Positions 38,055-48,304 are shown, numbered from the whole stretch's first letter. The stretch: DNA of 63,461 bases, filler included, from Caldilineae bacterium (GCA_037446815.1; 5 parts of 5 records of this genome joined end to end with filler, not necessarily neighbours in it), one strand, 5' to 3'. Translations and numbers: made by a program. Notes: generated by a model not told the origin, from the sequence alone.

Positions 38055-38220
38055 AGTAAAACAGGCGCACAAGGGCGTGGCCGGTGCTTGCTGCCGTTGC
38101 TACCGTCCGGTGAGCAGCGGTTTTTTCGCGCCAAGCAGGGTGCCCGCGGCTGTTTTCATCTCTCCTCCTACCTCCTTTTGCGCAAGGGGCGGGGCTACTG
38201 GGGCCCCGCCCTGTGCTTTT
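38055..38220 (+). ncRNA. Candidate ~165-nt sRNA: long hairpin, CU-rich anti-SD tract, terminator
   Basis: AAAACAG/CTGTTTT-closed rod; CTCTCCTCCTACCTCCTTTT; GGGCGGGGC/GCCCCGCCC stem followed by TGTGCTTTT. Confidence 0.55.
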
Positions 38221-38401
38221 CCGCGGTGGCCTGGGCTGAAGCCGAAGCGATCTCCAGGGTTTGCATCCACGGATACCACGGATAACGCGGATGAGGGGCG
38301 AGATTCCTCGCGGCTTCGCGGCTCGGAATGACAAGCGCGGTGGGGCCAGCGGCGTCTGAGCCGAGTCGTTGCGCCGCGGCGGTTCCAAAGTTCGTTGGCA
38401 A

Positions 38402-38501
38402 NNNNNNNNNNNNNNNNNNNNNNNNNNNNNNNNNNNNNNNNNNNNTTAATTAATTAANNNNNNNNNNNNNNNNNNNNNNNNNNNNNNNNNNNNNNNNNNN
38501 N
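38402..38501. other. Artificial contig linker
   Basis: N-run, TTAATTAATTAA, N-run. Confidence 0.99.
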
Positions 38502-38633
38502 CCGCGCGGCCCTCACCCTAACCCTCTCCCGGCGGGCGAGGGAACGGCGACTCCCGCGCGGCCACGCCCTAACCCTCCCCCTAGCCCTCTCCCAGCGGGC
38601 GAGGGAACTGGGGATGCGCCCGCCAACCTCACT

Positions 38634-38662
38634 TTGACGTGTGGCCCAAAACGGGCTATACT
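38634..38662 (+). promoter_or_regulatory. Promoter of the tRNA operon
   Basis: TTGACG-17-TATACT. Confidence 0.7.
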
Positions 38663-38685
38663 TATGCGCGTAGCACGCACCGACG

Positions 38686-38762
38686 CGGGGTGTAGCGCAG
38701 TTGGCTAGCGCGCAGCGTTTGGGACGCTGAAGTCGGAGGTTCAAGTCCTCTCACCCCGACCA
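38686..38762 (+). tRNA. tRNA-Pro(TGG)
   Basis: Cloverleaf; anticodon arm CAGCG-TT-TGG-GA-CGCTG; GGTTCAAGTCC; encoded CCA. Confidence 0.96.
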
Positions 38763-38787
38763 CGCGGCTGGACGATAGTCGCCACGA

Positions 38788-38859
38788 GCGGGAGTAGCTC
38801 AGGGGTAGAGCACCTGCCTTCCAAGCAGGCTGTCGCGAGTTCAAATCTCGTCTCCCGCT
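38788..38859 (+). tRNA. tRNA-Gly(TCC)
   Basis: Arm CCTGC-CT-TCC-AA-GCAGG; U73 discriminator; followed by CCT rather than CCA. Confidence 0.96.
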
Positions 38860-38874
38860 CCTCTGCATCTTTTC

Positions 38875-38949
38875 GGGCCCATAGCTCAGCGGCAGAGCGG
38901 CCGGCTCATAACCGGTTGGTCGCTGGTTCGAATCCGGCTGGGCCCACCA
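38875..38949 (+). tRNA. tRNA with CAT anticodon, probably Ile2 (lysidine)
   Basis: Arm GCCGG-CT-CAT-AA-CCGGT; acceptor GGGCCCA with C4/C5; lacks initiator features; CCA. Confidence 0.88.
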
Positions 38950-38982
38950 GCGTAGGCGCAGGCCCCGGCGCGGGAACTGCGC

Positions 38983-40494
38983 CTACATCCGCGCCGCGAC
39001 AATCCTCTCTATCTCCTTGGCCAGCGCCCTGCCCGTCTCCATCAACGCGGCAGCCTCGGCCCGGAGACTTGCGGCCACGTCGGGGTTCTTGATGTCCCTA
39101 GCGTTGACCTCCACGTTGAGCAACGCCCCGCGCAGCGCGGCAAACGCCATATACCCCGCAACGCCGCTGTCGCAGATGCACGACGGATTGCCCTTCTCGG
39201 CGACCTGCCTGGTCAGTTGGAGCACTTCCACGCTGGCCCTGGCGACCTGCAGGGGCACCTCCGCCGCGCCGATGAGCGCCGCCTGAATCGCCTCGCGGCG
39301 GCGCGCCTTCTCCTCGTCCGTCCCCTTGGGCATGGCGAATGCCCGCACGACGGCCTCGTAGGCTTCGCTGTCGCGCTGCACCGCTTCGGCAAGGTTGGCC
39401 CGCAGGGTCTCCGCCCGCGCCAGAATCTCCTGCATCTCCGGCGCGACCGCTGCATAGCCCGCTTTGCTCACCGTCAGCCCTGCGTGCATCTGCACCAGCG
39501 CCGCGCCCAACGCCCCCGCCAGCGCCGCCACGCTCCCCCCGCCTGGGGCGGGTGTCGGGGCCGCCACCGCGTCCAGCAGCGCCGTGGGTACAAGGTCATC
39601 ACCCTCCTCAGCCAGGCGGTTCTCCAGAATCTGCTCGTCGGAGAAGCGGTGCAGGCTCAAGTACCACTTGGCAGCGTCCAGCAGCGCCTCGGCGGGAGTG
39701 AGGCCCACGATCTCGCTCTCCACGACGGCGACGCCGTGGCGGCTGGCCTCCGAGCGGATGGTCTCCACCACGCGGTGCAGCGGCGTCTGCCGATAGTCGG
39801 TCATGTTCATGGTAACCTGCACGACGCTGCCCGCCGGGACGCCCAGGGCCTTGCAGTGGCGGAACCCGCCGCTGGAATGGCGCACCGCCTTGGCGATGGC
39901 CTTGGCGATCTTCAGGTCCGACGTGCCCAAGTTGACATTGAAGGCGATGAGGAAGGGGCGCGCGCCGATGGCCGTTGCGCCAGCGGGCCCCATCTCCGCC
40001 GGGCCGAAATCGGGAGCACGGTCGGGGTTGGTGCGAATCTCCTCGGACAGCCCTTCGTACTCGCCGCGTCGCACGTCGGCCAAGTTCTGGCGGTCGGGGC
40101 GCGTCGCCGCCGCCTCGTACAGGTACACGGGGATTCGGAGTTCGCGCCCCACCCGTTCCCCAAGGCGCCGCGCAAGGGCCACGCACTCCTCCATGGTAAC
40201 GCCGCGCACCGGCACGAAGGGTACCACATCGGTCGCGCCCATGCGCGGATGCGCTCCCTTGTGCTTGCGCATGTCAATCAGCGAAGCCGCCGCGGAGATG
40301 CCCTCAAACGCCGCCCGCTCCACGGCTTCCGGCGACCCAACCAGCGTAACCACCGAGCGGTTGTGGTCGGGGTCCGACTCCACATCCAGGACGCGCACGC
40401 CGGGGACCTGGCGCATGCGGTCCACAATCTGCTGCACAACTTGGGGATCGCGTCCCTCGCTGAAGTTGGGCACGCATTCAACGATCCGTTTCAC
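38983..40494 (-). CDS. ftcd: Bifunctional glutamate formimidoyltransferase-cyclodeaminase
   Basis: IVECVPNFSEGR, DPDHNRSV, HPRMGATDVVPF, PAPGGGS; GTG start with SD GAGG. Confidence 0.94.
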   Translation of the reverse strand: MKRIVECVPNFSEGRDPQVVQQIVDRMRQVPGVRVLDVESDPDHNRSVVTLVGSPEAVERAAFEGISAAASLIDMRKHKGAHPRMGATDVVPFVPVRGVTMEECVALARRLGERVGRELRIPVYLYEAAATRPDRQNLADVRRGEYEGLSEEIRTNPDRAPDFGPAEMGPAGATAIGARPFLIAFNVNLGTSDLKIAKAIAKAVRHSSGGFRHCKALGVPAGSVVQVTMNMTDYRQTPLHRVVETIRSEASRHGVAVVESEIVGLTPAEALLDAAKWYLSLHRFSDEQILENRLAEEGDDLVPTALLDAVAAPTPAPGGGSVAALAGALGAALVQMHAGLTVSKAGYAAVAPEMQEILARAETLRANLAEAVQRDSEAYEAVVRAFAMPKGTDEEKARRREAIQAALIGAAEVPLQVARASVEVLQLTRQVAEKGNPSCICDSGVAGYMAFAALRGALLNVEVNARDIKNPDVAASLRAEAAALMETGRALAKEIERIVAARM

Positions 40495-40629
40495 GGAGCC
40501 TCCTCTGTCCTGCGTCGTCTGAGTTTGTGGCGTCATTCTACATGGCGGGGCAGCCCGCGTCAATTGCCCGACTCCGCCGTTTATGATAGAATCTCGTCCA
40601 TGCGCGCACAAAGGGCTTGACAGAGGGCG

Positions 40630-42225
40630 ATGAACTTGCTGACTCCATGGACACCCATCATCTGGCTGGCGCTCGTTGCCCTGGTCTTGCAGGCGGGGGG
40701 CCGGCGCCTGGCGCCCTGGGCGCGGACTGTGGTGAGGGCTGCGGGCGTGGCGGGGGCGGGCGCCTTCGCCGTTGCGCTCCGCCTCTCGCCCGACAGCGCG
40801 CCCGTCGGGTTCCCATGGCCGGCATCCCTCGGGCATGGCCCGGCGCTCGTTGCAGACCCCGAGATGTTCCCCTTCGCCGCGCTGACGGTCCTTATCCTGG
40901 CCGGGGCAGTGGCGGCAGACGCGGCGGCCTGGGCGCGGTGGCCTCGTGCGTTGGCGCTGGCCGCTGCATCGCTGCTGTCCATCTACGCCGAGAACCTGCT
41001 GGCGCTGGCCGGAGCATGGCTCGCGCTGGAGATGCTCCTTGCCACGCAGGAGGCCGGTGTCGGAGCAGACGCGGACGACACCCGCACCGCCACGGTCAGC
41101 GCCTTCTGGGGCATGGTGGGGTGGGTCGCGATTGCCTGGCTGTGGCGCGAGACGCGAGGAGCCAGCCTCCGCCCTTATGAAACGCCGCAGTGGACGGCCG
41201 CCGCGCGCGCGATTCTGATGGCCGTGGCGCTGATTCGCATGGGCGCGTTTCCGCTGGCATCGCGGCGGCTGGCGCATGGCCTATCGGGCCTCTCGCCCGC
41301 CGACGCCGCCGGACTCGCGCCGACGGTCGCCGGGCTGGCCCTCGCCCAGCGCGCCGCTGCCCTGGGCGCGCCGCCGCATCCGGGCGCCGCGCTCTGGCTC
41401 GGCGCGGTTGGCGCGGTCGCTTGCGGCCTGGCGGCCTGGCTGGATGCCAATCCCAGGCATCGGGCCGCGTGGGCGCTGGGAACGCCCCTGGGCCTGGGCG
41501 TGATGATGTGGGCGGAGGGCGTCGCGCCCGCGCACCTTGTCTTCGGGGCGACCGCTGCGGCCCTGGCGTTGGGGTTCGGCCTATGGACGGTGCGCCAGCC
41601 GTTTGCGGCGGTGCCGGCGCCCCGTTGGAGGCACGCGCTGGCGGCGGGCGTGGCCCTGGCGCCCATTGCCGTCGCATGCATGGGCCCGCTTTCGCCCGCG
41701 ACGGCCTCCACCCTCGGCCTGTGGCAGGCCCTGCTGAACCACTCCCGCCTGGTTGCGTTGGCGCTGGCCCTGGCGGGGCAGATGCTCGCCATGGCGGCGC
41801 TCCTGTACCCCGGCGTTGCGCCCGCCTCCGCGCGCGACCGAACCCGGGCGGCAATCTTTGCGATCTGGGGGATAACCGCGCTGGCGCTGGCGCTTTGGCC
41901 GCGAGGGTTGTCGCTGCTGGCGGGCGACACGTCCGCCGTGGGCGTTACGCCCCTTTCCCCAGGAGCGTGGGCCGCGCTCCTGTTGCCGCTCCTGGGCGCG
42001 ATGGCGCTGCCCCAACTGCAGGAGATTGAGGACACTTGGCGCGGGTACGCACCCAGGGCGCTGCGCATTCTCAACCTGGCGTGGTTGCGGAGGGCTTTGC
42101 TGGGCGTGGTCGGCGCCGCGGGCGTTGCGGTGCGTGGCGTGGAGGCCCTGCTCCATGGCGAGGCCTACGTCCTGTGGGCGGCAGTCTTGCTCCTCGGCTT
42201 GATGCTCACGCTGGGATTCCTATAG
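40630..42225 (+). CDS. Polytopic membrane protein, divergent NuoL/MrpA-D-like
   Basis: ~14 TMs; AENLLAL...WLALE and LIRMGAFPL resemble antiporter-subunit motifs. Confidence 0.5.
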   Translation: MNLLTPWTPIIWLALVALVLQAGGRRLAPWARTVVRAAGVAGAGAFAVALRLSPDSAPVGFPWPASLGHGPALVADPEMFPFAALTVLILAGAVAADAAAWARWPRALALAAASLLSIYAENLLALAGAWLALEMLLATQEAGVGADADDTRTATVSAFWGMVGWVAIAWLWRETRGASLRPYETPQWTAAARAILMAVALIRMGAFPLASRRLAHGLSGLSPADAAGLAPTVAGLALAQRAAALGAPPHPGAALWLGAVGAVACGLAAWLDANPRHRAAWALGTPLGLGVMMWAEGVAPAHLVFGATAAALALGFGLWTVRQPFAAVPAPRWRHALAAGVALAPIAVACMGPLSPATASTLGLWQALLNHSRLVALALALAGQMLAMAALLYPGVAPASARDRTRAAIFAIWGITALALALWPRGLSLLAGDTSAVGVTPLSPGAWAALLLPLLGAMALPQLQEIEDTWRGYAPRALRILNLAWLRRALLGVVGAAGVAVRGVEALLHGEAYVLWAAVLLLGLMLTLGFL

Positions 42226-42234
42226 GGGGCGATT

Positions 42235-42816
42235 GTGGAGACATTCCAACCCAACCCGCTGCTGGGTTTCGGCATCATGGCCGGGGGCATTGTCCTGGCG
42301 GCGCTGACGGCGGACACGCGGCTGGCGCTGGTGGCTCTCCTCGCGCAATACGTCGGCTGCGCCTTCATGATGGCGGTTTCGGATTCGGCGGTTGCCTGGC
42401 TCGTGCTGGCGGTGGGCGGGATGGTCGCCGCCATGCTGTACCTGGGCATCCGCGCGCGCGGGGGCAATCCTGCAGAACGTGCGGTTGCGCTTCGCCTGCC
42501 CTTCCGCGCCGCGGCGCTCCTGCTGACCCTCGCGGCCAGCGGGGTCCTGGCCGTCCGGTGGCCGCTGCCCTACGCCGGCGGGTTGCCGTCGCTGGCGTGC
42601 TACGCGCTCATGGCGGGGTTTGTAGCGCAGGCGGGGCTGTTCCAACAGCCTGCGAGGGTGGGCATGGCGGCGCTCACGCTGCTCATCGGGGCGGCTCTGT
42701 ACGCCCAGAGCGCGGGAGGTACTCTCTTCCTCATCGGACTTATCCTGTCCGCCCATCTCATCACGGCGTTGGTTGCCGGCCACTTGCACCCCGCCCCCGA
42801 GGAGGGCTTGCCATGA
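42235..42816 (+). CDS. Small polytopic membrane protein (HyfE/NuoK-like?)
   Basis: ~6-7 TMs; LVALLAQY; lies between two antiporter-like genes. Confidence 0.5.
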   Translation: METFQPNPLLGFGIMAGGIVLAALTADTRLALVALLAQYVGCAFMMAVSDSAVAWLVLAVGGMVAAMLYLGIRARGGNPAERAVALRLPFRAAALLLTLAASGVLAVRWPLPYAGGLPSLACYALMAGFVAQAGLFQQPARVGMAALTLLIGAALYAQSAGGTLFLIGLILSAHLITALVAGHLHPAPEEGLP

Positions 42817-44144
42817 CGCCCTCCACGGCTTACCTTCTGCTGGCTCCCATCGCGCTGTTCGTTCCGCTGTACGCCCTGCGCGCAACACGCCGCTGGGCAG
42901 CGATTGCCGCGGCGGTCGGCCTCGCCGTGGAGACCATCGCCTGCTTGCGCCTGCCCGCTGACTCGGGCTTTACCATCCTGGAGCACACGCTGCTGCTGGA
43001 CGCTGCGGCGCGCATGGCGCTGGCGTGGGCCGCCGGGGCGTCGGCGGTGCTGGCGCTGGCCGCCGCGTTCCTGCCCGCCCAGGCGCCGATGGCCGCATTC
43101 CTGCTGCCGGTGGTATCGGCATCGGGCGCGGCGTTGGCGCTGGGGCCTGGCCTGCCCTCGCTCGCGGCGATGGGCGTCGTCATATCGCTGGCGGCGTGGC
43201 TGTTCCAGGCCCGCGGCGCATCCCGCGTCTTCGTCGTCGGGGCCATGGGGCTGTGCGCATTCGCGGCCGCCGACGTCCTGCTCACGCGGGCGCTGACGGC
43301 GGAGGTGGAGCAAGCGCTCCCGTGGGCGGCGATAGGCGTGCTTGTGGTCATCGGGACGGCCGCGTATCTCGGCATCTTCCCGTTCTCGGCCTACCTGCGC
43401 GGGGTTGCCGACGCGGGCCGGCCCCTTGCCGCGGGCTGGGTTCTTGGCGTCTTCCAGCCCCTGGCGCTGTTCACCCTGACCCGCGCGGCGATTGCGTATC
43501 CCGAACTCCTGACCGCCGCGCCGGCGCTATCGCTGGCAACAACAATGGCCGTAGCGGGCGCGCTCCTGGGGGCCGCGTTCGCCGCCGCATCGGACGGGCC
43601 GTCGCGGGTGCTGGCCTATTCGGCGCTCCCGTGCGCGGCCATTCTATACCTGGGCATCTTCCCGGCCGAGGCGCGCGCGTCGGGGCCATACTGGCTTGGC
43701 GTCGCGGCCTACTCCCTCGCCGTCGTGCTGGCCTCCGTTGCCATCGCCGCCGTGGAGCGCGACGGGTCTCCGCTGGACTTGGCCGAGTGGGCAGGGGCCG
43801 GACGGCGCGACGCCTCGGCGTTGGCGCTCCTGTTGGTCGCGGCGCTCGGCCTGTGCGCCTTGCCCGTGGGCGTGGGCTTCTGGATTCACGCCCGCCCGAC
43901 GCTCCCCTCCGCGCCCGTGTGGGTACAACGCGGGCTGGCTGCCGCGCCGCTCATCGCCAGCGTCGGCTGGTGGCGGGTGCTATGGGCCGCGGGCCGGGGG
44001 ACGAAAGAACCGCGTTCGGGCGTCAGCCGCCTGGGCGCCGCGTGCCTGTGGGCGCTCGTCGGGGCGGGGGTGGCCCTCTTCGTCTGGCCTGCGCCCTTGC
44101 TCCGCATCGCGACCGCCCTTGCCGCGGCACTTGGCAGCCTCTGA
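42813..44144 (+). CDS. Polytopic membrane protein, divergent NuoN/MrpD-like
   Basis: ATGA overlap with the previous gene; LGIFPFSAYL, SRVLAYS, LGLCALPVGVGF. Confidence 0.55.
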   Translation: MTPSTAYLLLAPIALFVPLYALRATRRWAAIAAAVGLAVETIACLRLPADSGFTILEHTLLLDAAARMALAWAAGASAVLALAAAFLPAQAPMAAFLLPVVSASGAALALGPGLPSLAAMGVVISLAAWLFQARGASRVFVVGAMGLCAFAAADVLLTRALTAEVEQALPWAAIGVLVVIGTAAYLGIFPFSAYLRGVADAGRPLAAGWVLGVFQPLALFTLTRAAIAYPELLTAAPALSLATTMAVAGALLGAAFAAASDGPSRVLAYSALPCAAILYLGIFPAEARASGPYWLGVAAYSLAVVLASVAIAAVERDGSPLDLAEWAGAGRRDASALALLLVAALGLCALPVGVGFWIHARPTLPSAPVWVQRGLAAAPLIASVGWWRVLWAAGRGTKEPRSGVSRLGAACLWALVGAGVALFVWPAPLLRIATALAAALGSL

Positions 44145-44260
44145 TAGAGAATCGGCCCAACTTGATAGTTTTTGACAGACTTTCTGTGCTATAGTGGCGT
44201 TGTGCGGGAAGGCGGCAACGTTTGTTGCGCCTTCTTTGCGCGTCTATGGAGGAGGGCTTT

Positions 44261-45568
44261 TTGACGGAGCGCAAGCGCACCTCGGAGATCAGCGGCTTCT
44301 ACACGCTGGGCCTGGCGCAGAGGAAACGCCTGGTGCAGGAATGGGCGAACCTCACCGATGATGAGGCCGCCGCGCTGGAAGCCAGCCTGCCACTGGAGCA
44401 GGCCGACAAGATGATTGAGAACGTGGTTGGGCGCTGCGCCCTGCCGCTGGGGATTGCCACGCACTTTCGGGTGAACGGCGTGGACTACCTCGTGCCGATG
44501 AGCACTGAAGAGCCGTCGGTTGTGGCGGGCGCCAGTTTCGCCGCCAAACTCTTCCGCCAGGGCGGCGGCTTCAAGGCCCAGGCCCTGGGGCGCGAGATGA
44601 TCGGCCAGATTCAGGTGCTGGGCATCGGCGACATGGACGGGGCCGAACGCGCCCTGCGCGAAGCCGAGCCGCGCATCCTGCGGCATGCCGATTTCCTGCA
44701 GTCGGGGTTGGCGGCGCGGGGCGGCGGGGCCAGGGGGCTGGAGATTCGTCGCTTTGCGGAGTCCCCCGTGGGGCCGATGCTCGTGGTGCACGTGCTCTTT
44801 GACACCGTGGACGCCATGGGCGCCAACGCCATCAACACGATTGCCGAGGGCCTCGCGCCCATGATTGAGGAAATCACGGGCGGGCGCGTGAATCTGCGCA
44901 TCCTGTCCAACCTGACCGACCGCCGCATGGCGCGGGCCGAGGGGCGGATTCCGGCCCAGGCGCTGGCGCGCTACGGCAGGAGCGGCGAGGAGGTCATGGA
45001 GCGCATTCTGGAAGCCGCGGCCCTGGCCGAGGTAGACCCGTACCGCGCCGCCACGCACAACAAGGGCATCATGAACGGCATAGACGCGGTGGCCCTGGCG
45101 ACGGGCAACGACTGGCGGGCGCTGGAAGCCGGCGCTCACGCCTACGCCGCGCGCAACGGCCGCTACACGTCGCTGAGCCGTTGGTGGCGCACGGAGACGG
45201 GAGACCTGGCCGGCGCGCTGGAGATGCCTCTCGCCGTCGGCATTGTGGGCGGCGCGACGCGCTCCCATCCCACGGCGCGGCTGGCGCTCAGGATACTGGG
45301 CGTGCAGACGGCGTCGCAACTGGCCGAGGTGATGGCCGCGGTGGGGCTGGCCCAGAACTTCGCGGCCCTGCGGGCGCTGGCGACGGAGGGCATTCAGCGG
45401 GGGCACATGGCCCTGCACGCGCGGCAAATCGCCATCGCCGCGGGCGCGCACCCCGACGAGGTGGACATCATCGCCGACCGCATGGTCGCCGAGAACAACA
45501 TCCGTCCCCAGCGGGCGGAGGAAATCTTGAGAGCAATGCGGACAACTTCGGAGAACGCAGATACATGA
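44261..45568 (+). CDS. mvaA: Class II HMG-CoA reductase
   Basis: [44 protein letters not shown]. Confidence 0.94.
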   Translation: MTERKRTSEISGFYTLGLAQRKRLVQEWANLTDDEAAALEASLPLEQADKMIENVVGRCALPLGIATHFRVNGVDYLVPMSTEEPSVVAGASFAAKLFRQGGGFKAQALGREMIGQIQVLGIGDMDGAERALREAEPRILRHADFLQSGLAARGGGARGLEIRRFAESPVGPMLVVHVLFDTVDAMGANAINTIAEGLAPMIEEITGGRVNLRILSNLTDRRMARAEGRIPAQALARYGRSGEEVMERILEAAALAEVDPYRAATHNKGIMNGIDAVALATGNDWRALEAGAHAYAARNGRYTSLSRWWRTETGDLAGALEMPLAVGIVGGATRSHPTARLALRILGVQTASQLAEVMAAVGLAQNFAALRALATEGIQRGHMALHARQIAIAAGAHPDEVDIIADRMVAENNIRPQRAEEILRAMRTTSENADT

Positions 45569-46611
45569 AACCGATACGGGACGTAGGAATCATCGGATAC
45601 GGGGCGTACATCCCGCGCTATCGGCTTCCGGCCAGCGAGATTGTTCGCGTCTGGAAGGGGGGCGACGGCGACACGCCCATCCTGGAGAAAGCCGTGCCCG
45701 GGCCGGACGAGGACGCGGCCACCATCGCCATTGAGGCCGCCCGTAACGCCTTGAGCCGCGCAGGGATACCGCCGCAGAAAATCGGCGCGGTGTGGGTGGG
45801 CAGCGAATCCCATCCCTACGCCGTCAAGCCCACGTCCACCATCGTGGCCGAGGCCATCGGCGCCACGCCCGAAACGCAGGCGGGCGACTGGGAGTTCGCG
45901 TGCAAGGCGGGCACCGAGGCCATGCAGGCCGCCTTCGGATTCGTGGCGTCGGGCATGGCGGCGTATGCGCTCATCGTCGGCGCGGACACGGCGCAGGGCC
46001 GCCCGGGCGACGAGTTGGAGTACACCGCCAGCGCAGGCGGCGCGGCCTACATCATCGGCCTGCGCGAAGAAAGCCTCGCCTACCTGGAAGGCTCGTACTC
46101 GTATGTAACCGACACGCCCGACTTCTTCCGCCGCCCGGGGCAGGAGTACCCGACCCACGGCAGCCGCTTCACCGGCGACCCGGCCTACTTCCGCCATGTT
46201 CTATCTGCGGCGCGCGGCCTCATGGAACAGTTGGGCGCCAAGCCGTCGGACTACCGCATGGCCGTGTTCCACCAGCCCAACGTCAAGTTCCCGGAGCGGG
46301 CCGCAAAGACCCTGGGGTTCACCGACGAGCAGATTCGCACGGGCCTGCTGGCCAACGTCATCGGCAACACCTACGCCGGCTCGTCGCTGTTGGGCCTCAC
46401 GGCCATGCTGGACGTGGCGGAGCCGGGCGATCGCCTGCTGTTGGTCTCGTTCGGGTCGGGCGCGGGCAGCGACGCCATGTCGTTCGTCGTTACCGACAAG
46501 ATCGCCGAGCGCCGAGATCGCGCGCCATGCACGCAGGACTACATTCGGCGGCGCAAAGTGATTGACTACGGCCTGTACGTGCGCTACCGAGGAAAACTCA
46601 AGATGCACTAG
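45565..46611 (+). CDS. Archaeal-type HMG-CoA synthase
   Basis: [29 protein letters not shown] (catalytic Cys), [20 protein letters not shown]. Confidence 0.93.
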   Translation: MKPIRDVGIIGYGAYIPRYRLPASEIVRVWKGGDGDTPILEKAVPGPDEDAATIAIEAARNALSRAGIPPQKIGAVWVGSESHPYAVKPTSTIVAEAIGATPETQAGDWEFACKAGTEAMQAAFGFVASGMAAYALIVGADTAQGRPGDELEYTASAGGAAYIIGLREESLAYLEGSYSYVTDTPDFFRRPGQEYPTHGSRFTGDPAYFRHVLSAARGLMEQLGAKPSDYRMAVFHQPNVKFPERAAKTLGFTDEQIRTGLLANVIGNTYAGSSLLGLTAMLDVAEPGDRLLLVSFGSGAGSDAMSFVVTDKIAERRDRAPCTQDYIRRRKVIDYGLYVRYRGKLKMH

Positions 46612-46621
46612 CGAGGTTCGG

Positions 46622-47779
46622 GTGAGAGACGTTAGCATTTTCGGCATTGGACAAACGGAAGTAGGGGAGCATTGGGACAAGTCGTTGCGCCACCTGGCGG
46701 GGGAGGCCGTCCTGGCCGCCATGCGCGACGCAGGGATTGACCGCGCCGACGCGCTGTACGTGGGCAACATGCTGTCGGGCGAACTCAACGGCCAGGAGCA
46801 CCTGGGCGCGCTCATCGCCGACTTCGTCGGGCTTCGGGGCGTGGAGGCCGTGAAGGTGGAGGCGGCCTGCGGCTCCGGCGCGGCAGCGGTGCGCATGGGC
46901 TATCTCGCCGTCGCCAGCGGCTTGCTGGACGTGGTCATCGTCGTGGGCGTGGAGAAGATGACCGACCAGAAGAACGATGTTACCACCGCCGGCCTTGCCA
47001 TGGCCGCCGACGCCGAATATGAGGTCATCAACGGCATCTCGTTCGTGTCGCTCAACGCCCTGCTCATGCAGCGGTACATGCACGAGTACGGTGTGCGGCA
47101 CGAGGATTTCGCCGGCTTTCCCATCAACGCGCACAAGAACGCGGCCACCAACCCATACGCCATGTTCCGCAAGCCCATCTCCCTGGAGACGTTCAAGCGG
47201 GCGCGGATGGTCGCCGCCCCCATCAATCTGATGGACTCATCGCCGGTGGCCGATGGCGCGGCGGCAGTCGTGCTGGCCCCGTCCGACATGGCGCGGCGAT
47301 TCCGGTCGGCACCCGTGCGCATCATCGGCTCGGCCAACGCCACCGACGCCCTGGCCGTCCACGACCGCCAAGACCCGCTGTTCCTGAGCGCGGCGGCCCT
47401 GTCGGCCCAGAAAGCCTATCACCAGGCGCGCATCACCCCTGCGGATGTTGACTTCTTTGAGTTGCACGATGCCTTCAGCATCACGGCGGCGCTGTCGCTG
47501 GAGGCGGCGGGGTTCGCCGAGCGCGGGCGCGGCGTGTACCTGGCCAAAGACGGCGAGATCACGCTGGAGGGGCGCATCCCCATCTGCACCCTGGGCGGGC
47601 TGAAGGCGCGGGGGCATCCGGTGGGAGCCACCGGCGTGTACCAAATCGTGGAGGCCACCCTGCAACTGCGCCACTTGGCAGGCCCCAACCAGGTCAAGAA
47701 CGCGCGAATCGGCATGACGCAAAACATCGGCGGCAGCGGCGCCACCGTAATCACTCACATCCTGGCTGCCGAAGGGTAG
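46622..47779 (+). CDS. Archaeal-type acetoacetyl-CoA thiolase
   Basis: VEAACGSG, GVEKM, ELHDAF, ARGHPVGATG, QNIGG. Confidence 0.92.
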   Translation: MRDVSIFGIGQTEVGEHWDKSLRHLAGEAVLAAMRDAGIDRADALYVGNMLSGELNGQEHLGALIADFVGLRGVEAVKVEAACGSGAAAVRMGYLAVASGLLDVVIVVGVEKMTDQKNDVTTAGLAMAADAEYEVINGISFVSLNALLMQRYMHEYGVRHEDFAGFPINAHKNAATNPYAMFRKPISLETFKRARMVAAPINLMDSSPVADGAAAVVLAPSDMARRFRSAPVRIIGSANATDALAVHDRQDPLFLSAAALSAQKAYHQARITPADVDFFELHDAFSITAALSLEAAGFAERGRGVYLAKDGEITLEGRIPICTLGGLKARGHPVGATGVYQIVEATLQLRHLAGPNQVKNARIGMTQNIGGSGATVITHILAAEG

Positions 47780-47803
47780 CCCATTTTCCGGAGGTACGAA
47801 TCC

Positions 47804-48214
47804 ATGGCCATTCCTCAAAACTGGAGATTGCAGCATCAGCGATACCGCCTGACCGGCGAAGTGTGCCACACGTGCGGCGCGAAACTCTTCCCCCCGCGCG
47901 ATGTGTGCCCCGAATGCGCCAAGCCCGCTTACGAGCCGTTCCAGTTCGCGGGCAAGGGCGAGGTGTACTCCTTCACCGTTCTGTCGGACGCTCCCGCCGG
48001 GTACGAAGCCTACGAGCCGTATCCGGTGGCGCTGGTCAAACTGCAAGAGGGGCCGCTGGTAACGGCCCAGTTGACCGACGTTGACCCGCAGGATGTGCAC
48101 ATCGGCATGCCTGTGGAGATGGTAACCCGCAAACTGACCGAGGAGGGCGAAGACGGCCTCATCGTCTACGGGTACAAGTTCCGGCCGGTGCTGAAAGCCG
48201 CGGCCAACGGCTAG
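47804..48214 (+). CDS. DUF35 Zn-ribbon/OB-fold scaffold protein
   Basis: CHTCG..FPPRDVCPEC, GEVYSFT, YGYKFRP. Confidence 0.92.
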   Translation: MAIPQNWRLQHQRYRLTGEVCHTCGAKLFPPRDVCPECAKPAYEPFQFAGKGEVYSFTVLSDAPAGYEAYEPYPVALVKLQEGPLVTAQLTDVDPQDVHIGMPVEMVTRKLTEEGEDGLIVYGYKFRPVLKAAANG

Positions 48215-48304
48215 TTCCCGCCTTTTGCCTCGTGCTTCGCCGCCGGCTATAATTCGCACCGGCGGCGAAGCAACACCTGCCGCAAACCCACATTCCGCGT
48301 CAGG

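Noticed and set aside
38055..38220. Identification as SRP RNA or 6S RNA
   Set aside because: Lacks the SRP domain IV GGAA tetraloop context despite an AGCAG; the rod is short for 6S and is followed by a separate CU tail. An Rfam scan is needed to exclude these formally.
26672..40494. Apparent histidine-utilisation cluster (hutH plus ftcd)
   Set aside because: The genes lie on different contigs, so their proximity is artificial even though the pathway link is plausible.
40495..41277. N-terminal extension of FTCD, and similar extensions at 25309-25638, 42036-42812, 45181-45564 and 50000-50254
   Set aside because: GC-rich open frames overlapping other genes or repeats; homology and SD sequences start downstream.
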